64,000 nt of DNA from Chrysemys picta bellii. Taxonomy: Eukaryota. The stretch is from NCBI RefSeq assembly GCF_011386835.1, contig NC_088795.1, forward strand, positions 66,526,001-66,590,000, in the 5' to 3' direction. Below, piece after piece: positions 14,073 through 26,384 of the stretch (its first letter is position 1; every line of letters starts with the position of its first letter). Made by a program: the position numbers and the translations under genes. The notes under the pieces are model-generated. The model ran no database searches and was not told the DNA's origin. It saw only the letters and a program-made list of their open reading frames with translations.

Positions 14073-15458
14073 AAAGATTTACATGACTTCCACCATGTTT
14101 TGAGCAATGTCATCTATACCAACACATGCAAACTTGATCTCTGAAAACATCACAAACCACAGGCTAATAATGTTCACATTAATTTGCAAACCAAAAGGTT
14201 TTAATGCGCTACTGGCAACTCTCAGTTGTTGGCTGAAGTCAAAGCAATGATGATTTAGAATATTTTATGGTTCAGGTCAAATATTTTACAAGCTTTGCTT
14301 CATGGATAGGATTTCGGAATGGGGATACTAATGTGCAAACAAGGGATAGCAAAGACCTACTGCAAATATTGCCAAACATCCCTCATTTTACAAGGGTAAA
14401 ATCTTTGGGTACATATTCCATCCATCTTTGGCACTTGAACTGTAACTTGAATGAGGATGGCTATTAATTTAACTAATTTACTAAGATTAATTTTTATGCT
14501 AAATGTTATTAATTTGAGATTTCTGTACCATTTGATTACATGGTTCATATTGAACATATCAGTATGGAAGGTTAGATAAAGGACATAGTAAGTTTAAGCT
14601 TGACATTTTCATTTTTCTGTCATTCATTTAACAGAACTGGACTTCGTTGTCACTAGATAATATTTATATATAGAAACATATTAATTGTATCTCAAAAATT
14701 ACCTGGTTGGCAATTGTGGCCTGATCCAACCTAATATATTCAGAGCATACAGAGCTACACAAGCCCTGGAAACCATTACTAACTCTCCACAGTTGGAAAA
14801 CACTTCCCAGAGCTGCTCCTTGGTAGTTAATAGAGGATCCTGGGAACACATGGAGAGCTCATACAAACAAATGTTTTAACTCCCATGCTGCATATAACCA
14901 ATTATCATGTTCTCTCCCAATTTAGGGCCTGGAGTTACAGACAGACAGACTTGACTAATAACTTTTTGCCCTTTCTAGGGGGCCTTTGACCTAGATTTTT
15001 TTCAATGTTTTACATCAATATCCAAAAGCAGATATAGATGTGTGTATACGTATGCACATTTGTAGGATGCACAAAAATGATTGGTCCTTTGAGCATTTTT
15101 CTTCTCTTTCTGAACAAGAGAAGCAAAGCTAATTGTAGCTGCTAATTGGATCCATTACTTAAATTTTCCACCTTGCAGACATGGAAGAGTCCACTTCTAA
15201 ACTAGCAATTGCAAGATTCCCTGAGGAACATTATTCTCATCAGACTGAGCTGGAGAGTAGAAAGAAGGGAAAGATAATACAATTCCTAATATAGCAAAGG
15301 CCTTGTCGAGATTAGGATTTAAGGTGTGATGTCACCATGTGTTAGCTAATGTGCTAACATATGTTTTAAAAGTCTAGTGTAGACAAGGCACATCACCTAT
15401 CAAATGCACTAAACTGTTTGAGTTACAGCCAGCCCAAGATTTAACTCTGCCTTTAACA

Positions 15459-16079
15459 CAGAGGTCAGCAAACTATGGCCCGCGGGACACATCTGGCCCG
15501 CGGGACCCTCTTGCCCGTCCCCTGAGCTCCTGGCCTGGGAGGCTAGCCCCCGGCCCCACCCCCACAACCTCAGCTCACTGTGCCGCCAGTGCAATGCTCT
15601 GGGTGGCAGGGCTGCAGAGCCACGGCCTGACCCAGAGCTCTGTGCTGTGCGGTGGTGTGGCTGGCTCCAGCCGGGCGACAGCGCTGCCTGTCCTGGTGCT
15701 CTGGGCGGCACGGCTGTAGCACCACCAGCCACCAGTGCTCCAGGCAGCGCAGTAAGGGGCAGGGAGCAGGGGGGGTTGGATGGAGGGTAGGGGAGTTTAG
15801 GGGGCAGGGGTGTGGATGGGGTGGGGTCGGGGCAGTCAGAGGGCGGGGAACAGGGGGGTTGAATGGGAGCAGGGGTCCCCGGGAGGCAGTCAGGAAGGAG
15901 GGGGGGGAGCATCTGAGGGCGGTCAGGGGGAAGGGGTGGTTGGATGGGGCCGTCAGGGGGTGAGAAGCAGGGGGGGTTGGATGGGGGCGGGGAGCCAGGC
16001 ACAGCCTTCCCTAACCAGCCCTCCATACAATTTCGGAAACCCGATGTGGCCCTCAGGCCAAAAAGTTTGTCTGCCCCTG
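15459..16079. mobile_element. Non-autonomous hAT element (621 bp) with 8-bp TSD
   Basis: Imperfect TIRs CAGAGGTCAGCAAACT / AGTTTGTCTGCCCCTG; TSD CTTTAACA at 15451-15458 and 16080-16087. Confidence 0.9.
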
Positions 16080-17035
16080 CTTTAACACATGCTAATTTGG
16101 TAGTCTACCTAGAAACCCGTTAGTTACCATGTTATCATCACACTTTAAATCCTAATCTAGATAAGGCCAAATAGGGTCCACTTACTGCATACCTTGGAAC
16201 AGCATGAGATTCTGTGGCAGCAGAAACATCTCTCTCAACATCTTAATCAAGCAACATATGATAAAATGCAGTAAAATAGCCCAACTCTATGATTTGGGGG
16301 CGGGGTGAAGCAGGACCTGTAAAATGTAGCTTTTTTCCCAACTAGCTCTATGAAACTGTTTTACTAAATTAGAACAAATAATTAAACTCCTTGCCAATGC
16401 AGAACTGCACAAGAAAGGACCGGGGGGCGGGGAGAGTGAGACCAGGGAGTAAGGTTAGTTATAATGATATCACAACAAAATAGGAAAACATATTAGACTC
16501 CTTCTCCAGGACGCCAGGCACCCCTTGTTCCAGTATTGGAAAGAGTCTCACACACAACCCCATTCAGCTTTTCTGGAACGTCCATCTTGGCTTGCTGCTG
16601 GCCACTTTATGTTCCTGCCTCTCTCCCCCTAGCATTTCTACGGATTGTGCTTTCTCTGGAAGCCCTGTGCGCCATCTCCTTGATAAGCTGGTGCAGAGAA
16701 AGAGGTGCAGTAAAGGGCCAAACGGGAAAGAACCAGGTAAAGTGCTCAGACAAAGGCAGCAGCAGAATGTGTAGCATGACAGCTCTTATCTCTTGGCAAC
16801 TGAGAGCTGCCAGGAGAACATACAATATCTGTAGATTTGTAAGTTCTTGAGTGCAGGAACTGTGATTGGCCCCAACACTGCAAAGGGATTCAGTCACACG
16901 TAACACCTACAACTTGCACTGAATCCCAAACGTCTGTTTCCAATTATTTCCATGACCTTGTCTTCACTGAAAGTTAGCTTGAGCAGAACACTCAAGTTGT
17001 TCCACTAGAGCTAGCATACCACCACATGGGCATAA

Positions 17036-17059
17036 GTGTGTGTGTGTGTGTGTGTGTGT
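17036..17059. repeat. (GT)n microsatellite
   Basis: Direct reading. Confidence 0.95.
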
Positions 17060-18203
17060 TACCACAACCCTTGGAAGGAGCAATGTTATAAACAAACAAT
17101 CACATTAACAGTTCTTAATTAAATTCATAACAACAACAAATAGGAGTGACCTAAGGGAGGGTAAAAGATTTTTCAAAGAAAGTGACAGAAATACCCGAGG
17201 TGTCTTAAGTGGCACAGCATCAAGAGAGGCTTATTTCAACTCAATGGCCTCGTACTTGTATTGCTTAGATTTTATAACAATTTGTAATCTGACAGAGATA
17301 CCGCTTTATAAGCAAAGATTGGTGCTGTAATTTTTAACTCCATATCCCTTATAACTAAAGGAAAACAAAACGTCTTGGCCCATATTAGGCATTGATTGCT
17401 TTCACATGAATATTTTAACTTGGAATGTCATTAATTATATTGACAAGCCTCACTGAAATAGATGTTAATAAAATACCCAATCAGAATATCTTTTCTTACA
17501 ATATGCAAATATTTATTTGCATGTTCAATTCTGGATATTTTTGAGTAGCTCCAGTTAAAAACAAAATATTTTAATTTCTAAGAACAATTATTTTCTCACA
17601 ATGCAGGATGCCTCTTTAATTGACTCAGTGCTAAAATATTAATTAAAGCTTTAGGAAAAAAAAGAACGGAAAGTCTTAGAGTAAAATCAGCAATGTCTGC
17701 CCGTTAGCAGAAGTCAACAACCTGGGAAATTCATCATAAGTAGTAACTATAGAGACAGGGTGTAATAGTCTCTCATTAACTTAATTTCCAATGTATAAAG
17801 TGATTTGAACAATCACTATCTTGTTAGTTCTCAGCGAATAATGAAAACTGTGCACCCATTGGTGACACAGGAGTTTAAGCATGAAAGGGAGTCAACTACA
17901 TGAATTTGCTGAGGTACCAGTTAGATTTTAACTTTAAAATCTAAAACTAGATTTGCCAATTGGATAAGTGTTACTTCCTTTTTATTGAGTCCAGGGAGCA
18001 TTAGATTACTAATAGAAATCTATGTTTCCTTCAGGTCTGCTTTCATCCTTCACAATATCTTTCAATCAGGAAAACTGGTTATTCTTAACTAATCAACCAT
18101 TTATGAATTATTCCAGAACCACATCAGTTCCTCAATCAGGTATAAACACAAGCATTGCTCTAGGCATGTACTGAACTCACCATTTCAGTCTTGCAAGCAT
18201 CAT

Positions 18204-18659
18204 GTCCAGAGAAGAGCAACAAGAATGATTAAAGGTCTTGAGAACATGACCTATGAAGGAAGGCTGAAAGAATTGGGTTTGTTTAGTTTGAAAAAGAGAA
18301 GACTGAGAGGGGACATGATAGCAGTTTTCAGGTATCTAAAAGGGTGTCATAAGGAGGAGGGAGAAAACTTGTTCACCTTAGCCTCTAAGGATAGAACAAA
18401 AAGCAATGGGTTTAAACTGCAGCAAGGGAGGACTAGGTTGGACATTAGGAAAAAGTTACTAACTGTCAGGGTGGTTAAACACTGGAATAAATTGCCTAGG
18501 GAGGTTGTGGAATCTCCATCTCTGGAGATATTTAAGAGTAGGTTAGATAAATGTCTATCAGGGATGATCTAGACAGTATTTGGTCCTGCCATGCGGGCAG
18601 GGGACTGGACTCGATGACCTCTCGAGGTCCCTTCCAGTCCTAGAATCTATGAATCTATG
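18204..18659 (+). mobile_element. Young 5'-truncated CR1 LINE
   Basis: ORF 18225-18572 is a CR1 ORF2 C-terminus ([22 protein letters not shown]...). The 3' end has the CR1 tail AATCTATGAATCTATG. Confidence 0.95.
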
Positions 18660-19671
18660 TACTGATGCTCAATAGTTATATAAAGGAATAGTGCAAATCA
18701 CTAAGATTTCGTAAAACATTTACTTATGATCATCAGTTCTTTAGTATCTAATGTATTTATCACACTTCCAGTATTTCTCCAAGAAATAAGGATGCACTTT
18801 AAGAGTGAGGTCCCTGTTATTTAAGGGTTTCATATTGAAGGGACAAGTTTACAATATCAAAACCCTTTGCTTAAAGTTATTGTTCAAATCCCTTGGGTCA
18901 ATTTGCTTGGATTTATAAAGGAACGTATGCCTAGAGCAATACTTTGGTTACCTGAAGTCTCACTAAAGTGCATGCACTCAACAAGATAACCGTCAGTTAT
19001 TTATATTAAAGAACAGAAGAAGAAATACAATCTTTGAAATGAAATCTCACTATTTCTTATCCTGTTACCCCTACAATGAAGAAAATGCCTTTCCACGCAG
19101 CTGGTTCAGGCGTCAGTCACACTTGGGATTCTGCAGTTTCTTTGTTGGTTTGTTCAACTCGTTTTGGTCCGGTGACCCTGGCCAAGGGGAGATGTTCACA
19201 GAGGTTCTGGTAACTCTTCTTAGTCCTGTGACCCTGGATGAGGCCACACAGGGATTCTGCAAGCTCTGAGGTCCTACACACTGACCTCAGTTTTATATAT
19301 CCTGATTCCAAAGCTTATTATAGAGGACCATCCTCTGACTGGAGGGGACCATCCTCTGATATGGCCATGTAGATGGTGATGTATAATAAATTCCTTCAAT
19401 GCTCTCTTTAGTCAGAGGGTTTAATTCATTTAATGTATTACACTTCAGTATTAGCCCTAGATTATCAGCTGGAATCACCTTTATAAAGCTATTTATCTTA
19501 ATTTTCTAAAGTTTACCCTGGCTAGTGCTTATAACTTTCAACATTCCTTTCCCTCCTACCGTGTGCTTACTGTGACCCTAACACCATTCCAGTGCAAAAG
19601 GGCAAGGGGTTTACTGGTATCTAGTATGAGTTTCAGCTGACTGACAAGTTGAGTGTACCCTAACACACTAA

Positions 19672-20959
19672 TGTCATAACCTATATCTAAAAGGACCTGA
19701 AGAAGAGCTCAGAGACTAGCTTTCAAGCTTATGCAATCAACAGAAGTTGGTCCAATAGAAAGATATTACCCCACCCACCTTGTCTTTCTAAAAGGTGTCA
19801 TGTAAGATATCAGTAGAAAGCTAATATCATACTGATCAGTAATATTATTATATGGAGGACAAATTCAAAATTACAAACATATTGTAAATTACATTCTTAA
19901 AGTCTGCCAGGTAGGGCTTTAGTTACCCCAGGGTAGACAAAGGAATTTAGTTCTGCCACCTTGAAGGTATTTGCAATCTACATTCAGAGACAATTGGAAT
20001 GCAATTTACACAGAAGATAAACAGGATCATCAAGCCAACAAAAGGAGGAGATAACCACCCAGTATCACAGCAGGAGGAGTCTGCAGGATACAGATCAATT
20101 TGCATTTTAGCAGACACAGCAGGGGAAGAAACTAGCATGAAAATTCCCTTTCCAGGAGCCCTTCTCACAGCTTGAATGAAGTTCACTCTTTTCAGGAGTG
20201 CCTTCAGAACACTCCATTTCAGCGGTTCACAGGACTATGAGAGAGAGAGAGAGAGACACAAAGAACCCCAAATCATCTTTCACCTAAAAAGAAAAAGAAG
20301 CTGAACTCTTTAGACTTTGTGGAAGAACCTGAAAAAGGAGCTGGTCAGCTATCTTGCTGAAAGGTAGCTTGGAATGAAGGTTGTAGCTTGTTTTGTTAAG
20401 ACTTAGCTTCTACAAAGCATTTTTTCACTTTTATTTGCTTGTAACCATTTCTAATGCTATCCTCTATACTTGAACTCAGTTCAAATTCTCTCCCCTTTGG
20501 TTAATAAACTTTTGTTTTACTTCTAATCTAAACCAACCCAGTGCTGTGTTTGATTTAAAGTGAATGTTAACTACAGTTATGCTGGCAAGCTGCTAGGTAT
20601 TGCATTTTGAAAGGAACAAAAAATCTTAATATTTCTGAATGGTCCAAGAGAGGGCTGGACATTGCAGAGCATACTAGTTGGGGAAAAAAATGGGACTGGG
20701 GGGAAGGGGTCATCTTACCAAGTGTAACCAAGGCTGGAGGAGGCCAGAATGTGGCAATGGTGTAACAAGCAGGCTGCTGGGATCAGAGTTGCTGAGTCAG
20801 CACTACTTAACCCACTGACATCCAGTGCATGCTTGTATGCTGACTGGAAGTGCCCAGACAAGGAAGCTACACCAGAAAAGCACTTTGAGGCACTTACGGT
20901 TACAGGGCAGGCAGGGACACAACCCCTCACTAGTCTGGATTGCACTCCAGAATGTGACA
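19672..20959. mobile_element. Solo LTR (TG..CA) with 4-bp TSD and a nested Penelope-type fragment
   Basis: Starts TGTCAT at 19672 and ends TGTGACA at 20959; CTAA on both sides; internal AATAAA near 20503; 3' portion resembles the other LTRs in the window. Confidence 0.75.
19695..19786. mobile_element. Short Penelope-type insertion with 9-bp TSD
   Basis: CCTGAAGAAGAGCTC...AAGCTT...AGAAGTTGGTCCAATAGAAAGATATTACC motif; TCTAAAAGG at 19686-19694 and 19787-19795. Confidence 0.7.
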
Positions 20960-21196
20960 CTAATACAATTCCTATAATTTCTCTAGTGTAACAATCACAA
21001 TCAAAGAATACACACAAAATCCCTTATAGTAGTTCTAAACACAGTGGATACAATCCATACATTCTTTGTCCAATACCTTTTTCACATCCTTCAAGTCTTA
21101 TCATATGATATGAGACATTACATGGGAGGAACAAGATATTATTCCCAAGGAGAGATAAAAATCTGTTTCCTCAGGCAAACAAATATATACATACAA

Positions 21197-21218
21197 ACAC
21201 ACACACACACACACACAC
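21197..21218. repeat. (AC)n microsatellite
   Basis: Direct reading. Confidence 0.9.
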
Positions 21219-21433
21219 CCCTCTCAAGAAGAAGCTTTTATATATCATGACATTTGACCTCAAACTTTCAGGTTTTGGGGTCAAACTATTCCTAATTGGT
21301 TTAAACCTGTGATTTGTTTTTCCATTCCTGTTTCTTAATATATAGAAAACAATAGGGTACTCTGCACAGAAAAGGAGGGAGTAACTCTTGTTTGTCACCT
21401 AGCAGGAGTTCTTCTTAGATTAAAAGATGGATA

Positions 21434-22254
21434 TGTGACAGAATAGCAATATCCTGAATGTATTTTATTGAATTAAGTTCAACATCTTTGGGGTCCATTA
21501 TATTAAAAATGCAATTATGTGCGTGTTATATGTATGTACCTTCTCTAGAAGACTGATTAATGCAAACTCTGGAAGGTTTTAGGAACTTCAAAGGACTTTT
21601 TGGAACAATACCTGTGTACTGGATTTGCTAGGAAGTACCTAGGTAATGGAAATGACCCATTTCAAATCCACCCTTTTGAAGCTAAGTCCTGGGTAGGAAA
21701 ACCCATTGTCTACTAATTACCTGCTCTCAGTAACTCTATATCAAAGACCCCTGAACTGTAAAAAGGGTGGACTAAACATGCTATGAGTGTGCTTGTTCTT
21801 AGCTGAAGCTCTAATGAACTTCTAAATCACAAGGAATCCTTTTGGGTTAGGAGGGCTGAATCTCCTGCCAGAATCCATGTTAGGGGTGGGGTGATCTCTG
21901 GTAAATGTATTAGCATGCTTCTACTCTTTTACTGTTTTTAATATGTTTTCTCTGTAGTACTTTTGCCTTAATAAATAAGGCTTGCAAGAAAGAACTGTGT
22001 AGTAACTTATAACCATTGCAATTGCACCTATTAACTCTCTGAAGACACAACAAGCAGGTATGCTTGGGCTGCCTGTCTCTGCTGGGAATAAACACAGTAA
22101 AGACAGAACTGTGCAGCCTGGAATTGCCCTGGTCAGAAGGGAGAGAGAGATGTGTCCAAGAAAGGCAACAGCTGGGGAGCTGGAAGCCTGAGAGTGGGTG
22201 CCCTAGCTGAACCACTGAGGGGAAATAGAGGTGCAGTTGCCTGGAACTGTGACA
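21434..22254. mobile_element. Solo LTR-like element (TGTGACA ... GGAACTGTGACA)
   Basis: TG..CA termini and internal AATAAA motifs. The TSD is degenerate (GGATA / GGAAG). Confidence 0.6.
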
Positions 22255-22284
22255 GGAAGTTTTATCCATAACCAAATTGTGGGA

Positions 22285-22498
22285 TTCAGAGTAGCAGCCG
22301 TGTTAGTCTGTATCCGCAAAAAGAAGAACAGGAGTACTTGTGGCACCTTAGAGACTAACAAATTTATTAGAGCATAAGCTTTCGTGGACTACAGCCCACT
22401 ATGCATCCGAAGAAGTGGTCTGTAGTCCACGAAAGCTTATGCTCTAATAAATTTGTTAGTCTCTAAGGTGCCACAAGTACTCCTGTTCTTCTTTTTGC
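22285..22498. mobile_element. Penelope-like retroelement terminal remnant forming an ~85-bp-arm inverted repeat
   Basis: Arms 22316-22400 and 22414-22498 are reverse complements with one mismatch; AAATTGTGGGA duplicated at 22274-22284 and 22499-22509. Family call is by recognition. Confidence 0.85.
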
Positions 22499-24769
22499 AA
22501 ATTGTGGGAGTCATTAGTTGGAAAATTCCTTATCAAACCTCAGAGCTTCCCTTTCCTGGGAATTATGTATTTTAACTTTAGCTTAATGTTGCCCAGATTA
22601 GATTTCCCACTTGCTGGTGTGGGATCCTCATTGTCTTTATTTCTGAGAAAAAATTAAGAGTTTGGAAGATGCATAAGAGTGATTGGTGGCAATCTTAGTT
22701 GTTTCAGATTGATACAAGGGCAGAGTAAGAGAACTGTAGTTGACACATTTTTATGTCTATACACCTTTACATTTTCATCCCCATTAAAAAATCCTGGCAT
22801 TTTCCCCTCAGAAAACACACAATTTGTTTTAGAAATGAACGGTTTTACACATTTAGTCAAAAATCACCCCTTATTAAAAACTTGAAATGGAGAGAGGCTA
22901 AATGGCTTGGTGGTTTTTCTCACACTCATATCTGACCAAATTTTCTAAGAAAAGGTGGTGGTGGGGGGGGAACAAAGCAAAAGCCTAGGAACTATGTGCC
23001 TAAGCTCAGGTCTGCTGGTACAGATAAAGAAAGAACTAACCAGAATTTCTGTGCCAAAATTCAATCCAATCCCTCCTTGAGATTTGGAAAGATACATTTT
23101 CATATGCTACAAATCTCTATGTCTGCTCCCATCTGGAAGTAACATTGTACTACAAGAAAGGCTGTACTTCATAGGGCTGGCTGGAAAACAAGAATTTTCT
23201 TTCACAAACTTTTTCAAGGTTTTGATGTTTATTTTCATTCTGTGTAAGAACAAAAACTATATCTTTCAAAAATGTTCATGAAAAAACAAGGGGGATGCCA
23301 GCCCCAGAATAGTCAAGGCATCCATCTGGCATGCAGGAAACCTGGGTTTCTCACATCAGGCAGACTAGGAACTTGAACATGAGTCTTCCACATCCCATGA
23401 TTACTACTTCCAGGTGAGTCTTGTGTGGGTGAGTCTTCCTCTCTTCTCAGACCTTTCTAGGTCTGAAAAATGCTGAGTGCTGAAACTGAAACTTATGTGG
23501 ATAGGTCTCAACAAATAGGCATTTTCTGATTTAAAAAATAGTTTTGTCCAGGAACTCCCAACCAGTTCTAATATTTTCAGTTTACCAGAAGCAGAGTTTA
23601 CCAAAGATTTGTGGAAGAACTTCTCCTCATGAAATTTCCAGCACTATTTTGCTGATTTGGATGGAATTTTATGCATGACTGGAATCACATTTGAGTAATG
23701 TAGATAAGCATCTGAAATTCTGGATAATTATTGAAAGAATCTCTTAACCTTTTGAAGTGTGAACATTTCTGAAAGTTTTCTTCAAATCACAAGAGGAGCA
23801 CATATTTCCACAATTTTCATAATGTAATACTTTCCATTGCAAATTTATTCTATATACTTTGAGAGAGTATTAATCAGCATAACTCCATTAAGAGTTTGGT
23901 TCCATTGACTTCAATGGACCTATGCAATTTACATCATCATCTGGTGACCTGGCCTTTTGTAATTTGAGACTAGTACAATAAAATAAAATTGAATGCATTT
24001 TGGGAAGCATCCTATCTATAATTCCTATTTCCAGATAGTTACAAGTTATACCTTGCTAGTTCTGTACTGCACATTCTAACAAATGTATTCAGGCTATACA
24101 AGAAAAATAGTCAGAATGCACATTGTTGTACCTAATCAAAAAATGTTTACACTTTTGTTATTGTTGCATTTCACTGAGTCTCATTTGTTCCCTGTGTGCA
24201 CATGAAAAGAAATGCTTGATCAGAAGAGAGAAAACTTACAAAGAATTTCTGTTACTAATAACTAAAAATAACAAAGAACAAAAATACTAGCCCTTCAGTA
24301 GAATTTCTCTCAAGAGGTCAAAGGGGAAGCTGACCATGCTGCTTTTCCCTGTTCTTCAGACATAAACCAAAAAACAAACCACCACCACCACAAAATGAAA
24401 TAAAACTTGAGAGCATCATGGGTTTCAGAGGACAGATAAGTTATATTCTCTGCAAGACAAACTCCTCTGTGCTGTCAAAGCAGATGGAAATTCACATTAC
24501 CTTTAGTCTCTAAGAGCCATGCACAGAGCTTCAGATGTTCTGTATTGCAAAACTCTATTGTCAAGGTTAAAGAGAGATACTGGTAGGAGGCTTCTATACT
24601 TGTCAGCTTCCCCAATTCTAGCATCTTTTATTTTTGACCCTCTACTTTTTATATTAAGAATCCACACTGAGAGATTAGTCAGTCTCCTTAACTCCCTCTA
24701 CAGGAGTACAGCAATTGGTTACTGCTGTTATCTTTAGCTATTTTCCTTAGTGAAGGATTCCTCACTCAC

Positions 24770-24869
24770 TCCTATGCATCCGAAGAAGTGGGCTGTAGTC
24801 CACGAAAGCTTATGCTCTAATAAATTTGTTAGTCTCTAAGGTGCCACAAGTACTCCTGTTCTTCCTATG
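24770..24869. mobile_element. Short Penelope-like fragment of the same family as 22285-22498, with 7-bp TSD
   Basis: Nearly identical to 22401-22490; TCCTATG at 24770-24776 and 24863-24869. Confidence 0.85.
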
Positions 24870-26384
24870 AGAAAGGTACACAGTATCAGAAGCCTATCAG
24901 ATAGGAAAGATTCATCTTCTCTTATACAAGTCCGATTAATGTTTGTACAGTGCTTTTGCAAATAGAAAGTACTATCTAAGAGCTAAATATTATCATTATT
25001 CCACAGCAAAAGGATGGCTACTGTTAAATTCTTCCATTGTAGAATTTTAAATTTCTAAACTAAACTAGCAGATATGACAGGTGCCAGAAATGTATATAGT
25101 TAAGATTGTCTAACTTTTTCTAAATTTTCTAATATTCTCACCACTATTTTCAGTTGTTTTTAACTCTGCCAAACTTTATTCATTTTCTTTGCAAGATACC
25201 TAACTCAGACTGAATTTCTTTTTTTAAAGTCTCAGGAAAAACAGTTCATCTATTTCAAAGAATGAGAATAGAGGAAATACAACCGATTCATTTAGAAGGT
25301 CTAGTTCCTTCATGGAACATGCTATTGAAATTTGACCAGGGGGTGATATTACTTGTGACACGTTCTGTGACATGTTGTACCTCAAAGTAGCACTCTGTAA
25401 CCCCCGTATTCATCATTCATACATGGTTGGATATTTCATACAAAGCATGCCTGATAAGATATCATATGAAAGGTCATGATTTGCTGAAACCCATTGTTCT
25501 GTCAAAATATGTATGTTGTTAGTGTGCATGAAGTTATGAGATTTTGCTGTATGGGTTGTTACTGAAATATGTTGTGAGTTTGGGCATTACCCAATGCTAG
25601 TTCTCCAGTGACAACAAAGGAGGTGACCAACACCCAGTCATGAACAACCATTAATCAGCAGGGGAGTTGTAAACAAGGGTTTTACAATTCTGTAAGAGAG
25701 TTGCACAAGCATCACTCAATTCTGCAGCTCAGGAAGGCTCACCAGGACGTGTTTGGGCTAGTATTTTCCAGGCACGTAGACTGAGGGTATAAAATAAGGG
25801 ACAGTAGCATCATGCAATTACCTTTCTCCTCTCCCACCTACACTGATGGCAACAAGAACTCTGGGAAGGCAGACTTGAACTAAGGAGAGTGGTCCTGGGC
25901 TTAAAGGGAAAGCCTGTATATTGAAAACTATAACCTACCTGCAAATCCACTGGGGTGAGAAAAACAGCTTGATCCAAATATTGCTTAGGCCTAATCTACA
26001 CTAGGAGGTTATGTTGAATTTAGCAGTGTTAACTCGAATTAACCCTGCACCCGTCCACACAACGAAGCTATTTAGTTCGACATAGAGGTCTCTTTAAATC
26101 GATTTCTGTACTCCTCCCCGACGAGGGGAGTAGCGCTAAATTCGACCTGGCCATGTCGAATTAGGGTAGGTGTGGATGGAATTCAAGGCTAATAGCTCCG
26201 GGAGCTATCCCACAGTGCACCACTCTGTTGACGCTCTGGACAGCAGTCCGAGCTCGGATTCTCTGACCAGCCACCAGCCACACAGGAAAAGCCCCGGGAA
26301 AATTTGAATTCCTTTTCCTGTCTGGACAGTTTGAATCTCATTTCCTGTTTGGATATCGTGGCAAGCTCAGCAGCACTGGCAACG

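Noticed and set aside
15409-16026. 205-aa Pro-rich minus-strand ORF and overlapping Gly-rich plus-strand ORFs
   Set aside because: Low-complexity translation of the G/C-run tract inside a TSD-bounded non-autonomous hAT element.
19039-19478. ORF cluster with short direct repeats
   Set aside because: Internal repeats (TGCAGAATCCC, CAGGGTCAC, GGACCATCCTCTGA) suggest a decayed repeat; no recognisable peptide.
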